Part shown: in pieces, positions 57,838-63,637 of the stretch | How positions within the stretch are numbered: position 1 is the first letter of the stretch | Layout of the letters: each line of letters begins with the position of its first letter | Assembly: GCA_002269645.1 (NCBI GenBank) | Contig: NIVC01004034.1 | Span: forward strand, 1 to 63,637 | Length of the DNA stretch: 63,637 nt | DNA from: Macrostomum lignano | Lineage: Eukaryota | Direction: 5' to 3' | Translations under genes and position numbers: made by a program | The notes under the pieces: model-generated | What the model was told of the DNA's origin: nothing | Databases searched by the model: none | What the model saw: only the letters and a program-made list of their open reading frames with translations

Positions 57838-60800
57838 ATGACACTCTCTTTGACCTTGGATTGGATAATAGAAAAATTGGAGTTAAAAGAAGAGAATCTT
57901 GGTAAGATTTTCATTTTAATAGCTTGAAGCTTTGTATAAAAGAAACCTTGCCTTGGTAGCATAAATTCCTTTTAAATTCCCAAAATGACCATGAATATTT
58001 ATTGTAAGAGTAAAAAAAATTATCATCCTTTTCCTTTAGGTTTCATATAATAATAGCAGTTGCCGAGACATTTTATTGTCATTTAAGATTCTTCAGAATA
58101 TGGAAAAAAATTGACCTTCACTTACTGAAATATTTCACGATTTAACAATTAGTTTGCGAAGTTACGCTCGTAATATAAAGTTTTTTTGTTAAAAGACATA
58201 AAAGGTGGAAACAAAAAAACTATAAAAAAATTCTGACTTTGAATTGTCAATTCTAAACTTGATTTCCATATTTAATTATGGCATATGCTTTCGAACTTTA
58301 TAATTTAATACTTTTCAGATAATATCAAATCACTTTCATTACCCGGCCGGTACGATGAGAAGATTTCTGTCCTGGGTTCATCACTTGTTATGTTTAGCCG
58401 TTTAAAAAATCTCGACCTTTCAAGAAATGCGCTGTGCTCGCTAAGTGTGAGTTTTGACAAAATTTTATTTTCATAAAAGTCTCTAACTTGGGCATGTGAA
58501 TGCCTGTTCCCCGCAGGTGTTCTGAGATTTTATTCTAATTGCATTCTTCTCGGTTTTCCCACCTAAAATGCGCTAGACCTAGCTTGCCCGTGCATCAGCA
58601 ATCAATTTACGAGTATTACAAGCTTCTGAGATAAACCTCAGACTACCTGATTTCACAAACACGAGCGCCATTCCCCCAGTACTTAGCTTTGTGCTCTGTT
58701 TGCATTAGCTTGAAAAATGGCTTACGTAAAGAGAATTCTGTCAAAGAAGTTTGACTATGTAAAAGCAAATACCGCCGCTCCTGACTTCGGAAGAAAAATT
58801 AAGCGCAGTTATAGGCTTGAACAAATTTGACTCATTAGCAAATTGACCTAAACCGATTTCGGGGTCATGACTGAGGCTGTGCTGCATGCCATACCTGTTA
58901 CCTCTGCCCAAGCCAGTACATGTGTATCAGGCAGTGCATACAGCGACCACCTGTGAAAGTGCAAGAAAATTTCACTGCCAAAATCCTCACCGGAGCAGGG
59001 CCTGGATAGCCTGGCCCAGCTGGAGTCGCTAAATCTCTACTATAACTGCATCGACTCAATGTCCGAACTGCTCAAGCTGAGGAAGAATGTCCGCCTGCAG
59101 CAGCTCGATCTGCGGCTCAACCCAGTGTCACGGAGCGAGCCAGACTACAGGCTGTACCTCATCCAGATGCTGCCCGACCTCAAGCGGCTCGGTAGGGCTC
59201 GCAGGTTTTCAGAGTTTCACTTGAGCGAGAATACCATGAAAGAAATATCAATCTAAGAAACTTAGTGAATCTCATCCTTTAGGATAATCTCATTCTTAAA
59301 ATCCTATCCTCAATACATTTTTATTTATCTCAGCTGGGAAAACCTTCACAATCTTGTCATCTTGATAATCCTACTTAACAATCTCACCTTGATAATCCTA
59401 ATCAAAAATCTCACCTTGATAATCCTGCTTAACGATCTCACCTTGATACTCCTACTCAACAATCTCACTTGGATAATCTCACTCAACAATCTCACCTTGA
59501 AAATCTTACTCAAAAATCTCACTTTGATAATCCTACTCAACAATCTCACTTCGATAATCCTACTCAACAATCTCACCTTGATAATCCTCTACTCAACAAT
59601 CTCACTTCGATAATCCTACTCAACAATCTCACTTCGATAATCCTACTCAAAAATCTCACTTCGATAATCCTACTCAAAAATCTCTTCTTGATAATCCTAC
59701 TCAACAATCTCACCTTGATAATCCTCTACTCAAAAATCTCACTTCGATAATCCTACTCAACAATCTCACTTTGATAATCCTACCCAAAAATCTCTTCTTG
59801 AAAATCCTACTCAACAATCTCACTTCGATAATCCTACTCAACAATCTCACTTCGATAATCCTACTCAACAATCTCACCTTGATAATCCTCTACTCAAAAA
59901 TCTCACTTCGATAATCCTACTTAACAATCTCACCTTGATAATCCTCTACTCAAAAATCTCACTTGGATAATCCTACTTAACAATCTCACCTTGATAATCC
60001 TACACAAAATCTCACCTTGATAATCCTACACAAAATCTCACTTCGATAATCCTACTCAACAATCTCAGTTCGATAATCCTACCAAAGAATCTCACTAATA
60101 GTCTATTCGTACCTTGATAATCTCTCCCGGATAGCGGCACCCTGATATTATCCCCAGCCAAAGCTTTCCTTGATAATCTCGCGAATAAATAAGCCAGAGC
60201 TGGCCAAGTGAATGCAGGCGCGCCTGTTTCGCCATCGCCTTCGTCGTTCCAGACGATCGCAGCGTGGCCGAGACCGAGCGCAACTCGGCGTTGCTGCACT
60301 TCACAACTGAGCAGGCGGCCGGCCTGCGGGGACTTCGGCCTGGCAGAGATTCCCGGACTCCCAGGTGCGAGCGGGGCCAATACTGTGGGAAACTGGTGGG
60401 GTACCGACTTGTGGAAAACTGGGTTGTGAGATTAGTGGGGAACTGGGTTGTGAGCTTGGTGGGGAACCGGGTTGTGAGATTGGTGGGGAACCGAATTGTG
60501 AGCTTGGTGGGGAACCGGGTTGTAAGATTGGTGGGGAACCGGGTTGTGAGATTGGTGGGGAACCGGGTTGTGAGATTGGTGTGGAACCGGGTTGTGAGAT
60601 TGGTATGGAACCGGGTTGTGAGATTGGTGGGGAACTGGGTTGTGAGATTAGTGGGGAACTGGGTTGTGAGCTTGGTGGGAACCGGGTTGTGAGCTTGGTG
60701 GGGAACCTGTAGGGAACCGGGTGGGGAACACTGGGGGCAAATGGATTGGCAAACCGGGTGCTTTCTCAACCTAGTGAAAAGTAAGCTAAGCTCCAAATTA

Positions 60801-63637
60801 TGAGCTCCTGACACTTGGGAAAGCTCCCTGTCCTATTACTACTAGCTAGCAGCATGGTGCACAAATTCTATTTTATTTGCCCCTGTACTTGCAATCTCAA
60901 CTGACTCTGCAGCGTCATCGAAGACGACTTGGAGGAAGCTGCCAGCGAGCCCGCACCCTCGCCGAGGCAGCCACAGTCGTCGCCGTCGCCGCCGCCGCCT
61001 CCGCCGCAGTCTCGATCGCAGCAGCCCGCCTGGCAGCCACTCGAGTCTCCAAATCGTCAAGGTCGAGACGAGGCCTACAGCGAATGGCTGTCCGAGGTGC
61101 AGGCTCAGGCCCGCTGGACGGCCGCTGACGCGCCGACGCCGCAGCCTCAGCAGCGGCACCAGCAGTCAGCGTCGCAGCCTCAGCAGCGGCACCAGCAGTC
61201 AGCGTCGCAGACATCAGCGACGGCACCCCGACGGTTCCACTTGGAGACCTACGGCAGCCGTGAGTCTGCGAGGCTCTCTGGTTTTTACTGAATGTTTTCA
61301 TCAGAGGCATTCATCCTCCGCCATCTGCAGCCTCCCTGTCCTCCGCCATCTGCAGCCTCCCTGTCCTCCGCCATCTGCAGCCTCCTCGTCCTCCGCCATC
61401 TGCAGCTTCCCTGTCCTCCGCCATCTGCAGCCTCCCCGTCCTCCGCCATCTGCAGCCTCCCCGTCCTCCGCCATCTGCAGCCTCCCTGTCCTCCGCCATC
61501 TGCAGCCTCCCTGTCCTCCGCCATCTGCAGCCTCCCTGTCCTCCGCCATCTGCAGCCTCCCTGTCCTCCGCCATCTGCAGCCTCCCCGTCCTCCGCCATC
61601 TGCAGCTCCCTGTCCTCCGCCATCTGCAGCCTCCCTGTGCTCCGCCATCTGCAGCCTCCCTGTCCTCCGCCATCTGCAGCCTCCCTGTCCTCCACCATCT
61701 GCAGCCTCCTTGTCCTCCGCCATCTGCAGCCTCCCTGTCCTCCGCCATCTGCAGCCTCCCTGTCCTGCTCATCTGCAGCCTCCCTGTCCTGCCCATCTGC
61801 AGCCTCCCAGCCAGGAAAGTTGCATAGTTTCGGATCAAGCAGCCCTGCAAAATCAGCAAGGCTGTCTTCCCAGCCCCAAATGCCGAAGCATCTCCCCAAA
61901 TCAAATACAAAGCAGTTTTCGGTAAAATTTGTTCAGCCCGGCCGGAATTTCGCCCGCCTGCGCCTTCGTGCCAGGCAAGTTGCTCCGTGACAGGAAGGTG
62001 ACTCAGCCGGAAGTGCGCTGGAAAGCGCTCACCGATAATCAGAGGGGGGTTGGGGCTAAACAAAAGCGCCAAAAGACCGCGAAGCTCAAGCACGAATGAG
62101 AAAATTCACTAAAAGGATTTTTCCTCCCGCTGCCTCCTTCCGCGCCGTCACCCCAGAGACTCAGGCGAGCCACAGCGCCAGCGACAGAGCGGCCAGTCAG
62201 CAACTGCAGCAGCAGCGGCGGCGCCCGGGCGACCTCCAAGCAGCGAGTCGTCGCAGCCGAACTCAGACACCGAGGCCAAGGCCGCGGAGGCATCAGCGGC
62301 GCCGAGGCAGCGGGCGAGCGGCGCTCCTCCTTCTCGACATCCTTCAACGCAGACGGCGGCGTCCCGCGGCTCGTCCTGAGCGACTCGGGCCGGTCAGCGG
62401 CCAACCAGCCGGTGCGGACAGGCAGCGCGTGCTGAAGAAGCGTCTGCCCCGAGCCCGTTGGGAGAAGCCGCCCGCCCAGCAGCAGCAGCAGCAGCAGCAG
62501 CAGCTGCCTCCTCCGGTGCCCGCAGGCCGCGGGAGAAAGGAGGTCGCCGCAGACGCCGCCTCAGCGGAGATGGCGGCACAGCAGTCTCAGCAGGCGCAGC
62601 CGCAGCTGCAGTGCGGCGAGTGCCCCGGCCTGGACCTCAGCAAGCCGTGCCCCTTTCTGAACGAGCTGGCCTCGCTGGCCGAGAAGCACTGGGCCGGGCG
62701 GGCTCCCTGCTCCGCAGCCGCCGCTTCAAGAGGCCGGTCGGTCGGTGCTGATGCAGCTGGCGCAGTTCATCCGCTCCGAATCGGCGTCTGAGACCGTGGC
62801 GCTGAGCTCGCGGCTGGCCCACTAGAGCAGGAGAACACCCGCCTGCTGCGCGAGGTCGGACAGCTGGCCGGGGGGGCGCGGCGGCCCGGTCCACGCTGCG
62901 ATCGCACCAGTTCGACGAGTCCGGCTACCAGAGCGGGCTGGCCAGCAGAGCCAGGTGGATGAGCTCACCAAGGAGATCGACCGGCTGAAGGTGAAGCTGC
63001 GGTCCCTGGAGCAGGTCGAGGTGAGTGCGAAATTCGGTACTGAGCTGCAGCCAACCTACTCTACTCCAGTCAACCTACTCTACTCCCAGTCAACCTATCT
63101 ACTCCCAGTCAGCCTACTCTATTCCCAGTCAACCTACTCTACTCCCAGTCAACCTACTCTACTCCCAGTCAACCTACTCTACTCCCAGTCAACCTACTCT
63201 ACTCCCAGTCAACCTACTCTACTCCCAGTCAGCCTACTCTATTCCCAGTCAACCTACTCTACTCCCAGTCAACCTATCTACTCCCAGTCAACCTACTCTA
63301 CTCCCAGTCAACCTACTCTACTCCCAGTCAACCTACTCTACTCCCAGTCAACCTACTCTACTCCCAGTCAACCTACTCTACTCCCAACTAACCTGCTCTA
63401 CTCCCATTCAACCTTACTCTACTCCCATCCAACCTACTCTACTCCCAGTCAATCTACTCTACTCCCAACTAACCTACTCTACTCCCAGCTAACCTACTCT
63501 ACTCCAACTAACCTGCTCTACTCCCAACACCTCCCCTCATGCCCGTCCAGCTGATCAGGGATGCTGCAGGAGTCGCACAAGTCGCTGCTGCCTCACCAAC
63601 GAGCACCTGATGTCGGAAGCTGCGCCTCATGCGCCGC
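57838..63637 (+). CDS. CEP72: CEP72/LRRC36-like LRR centrosomal protein, 3'-truncated by the window
   Basis: Exons 57838-57901, 58319-58446, 58999-59191, 60253-60364, 60913-61259, 62157-63020 and 63551 to the end. SLSLPGRYDEKI, LDLSRNAL, LNLYYNCI, LDLRLNPV...EPDYRLYLIQMLP, AEKHWAGR(G)SL and MLQESHKSL(L)LTNEHL match CEP72. 1-nt indels occur in the last two exons. Confidence 0.9.
59345..60120. repeat. 27-bp minisatellite (ataatcctactcaacaatctcaccttg)
   Basis: 9-codon periodicity with 29-bp variants. Confidence 0.95.
60415..60710. repeat. 24-bp minisatellite (gggttgtgagattggtggggaacc)
   Basis: 8-codon periodicity in a CEP72 intron. Confidence 0.95.
61310..61810. repeat. 25-bp minisatellite (ctccgccatctgcagcctccctgtc)
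   Basis: Tandem periodicity in a CEP72 intron. Confidence 0.95.
63050..63530. repeat. 20-bp minisatellite (ctcccagtcaacctactcta)
   Basis: Tandem periodicity in a CEP72 intron. Confidence 0.95.

Noticed and set aside
23525-63530. Regular tandem arrays as possible CRISPR arrays
   Set aside because: The units are head-to-tail without unique spacers, there are no cas genes, and the context is eukaryotic introns.

Overview
Eukaryotic (invertebrate metazoan) genomic DNA. GC3-rich exons, minisatellite-filled introns and scattered 1-nt indels resemble the flatworm Macrostomum lignano assembly; the organism is an inference. There are no rRNA genes, bona fide tRNA genes or CRISPR arrays. Left to right: a BAG-like orphan exon, a CORE-type SINE, LINE and mariner relics, and a secreted C-type lectin with one frameshift; a nested, scrambled Ty3/Gypsy cluster; three tandem intronless helical proteins with an APOL/alpha-pore-former-like hydrophobic hairpin; a 1387-bp TIR element inserted into AAA|TTT without a target-site duplication; a spliced ZIP8/14-type metal transporter; two tandem C14orf93-like paralogues; an intronless SCAF4/8-type RRM gene; a ~7 kb CpG-depleted block; an RTE-like RT relic; and a CEP72/LRRC36-like gene that runs off the end. 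Main discovery: the upstream C14orf93-like gene (- strand, 38223-42973) contains an array of seven homologous but divergent cassette exons (95-119 nt, all phase 1 to phase 0). Reading frame allows exactly one per productive mRNA, and they encode the predicted Tyr-rich/basic recognition helix. The adjacent paralogue has a single exon at the same position. This looks like a Dscam/lola-style isoform-diversification system in a family where I know of no such report. All exon models were derived by hand and need RNA confirmation.
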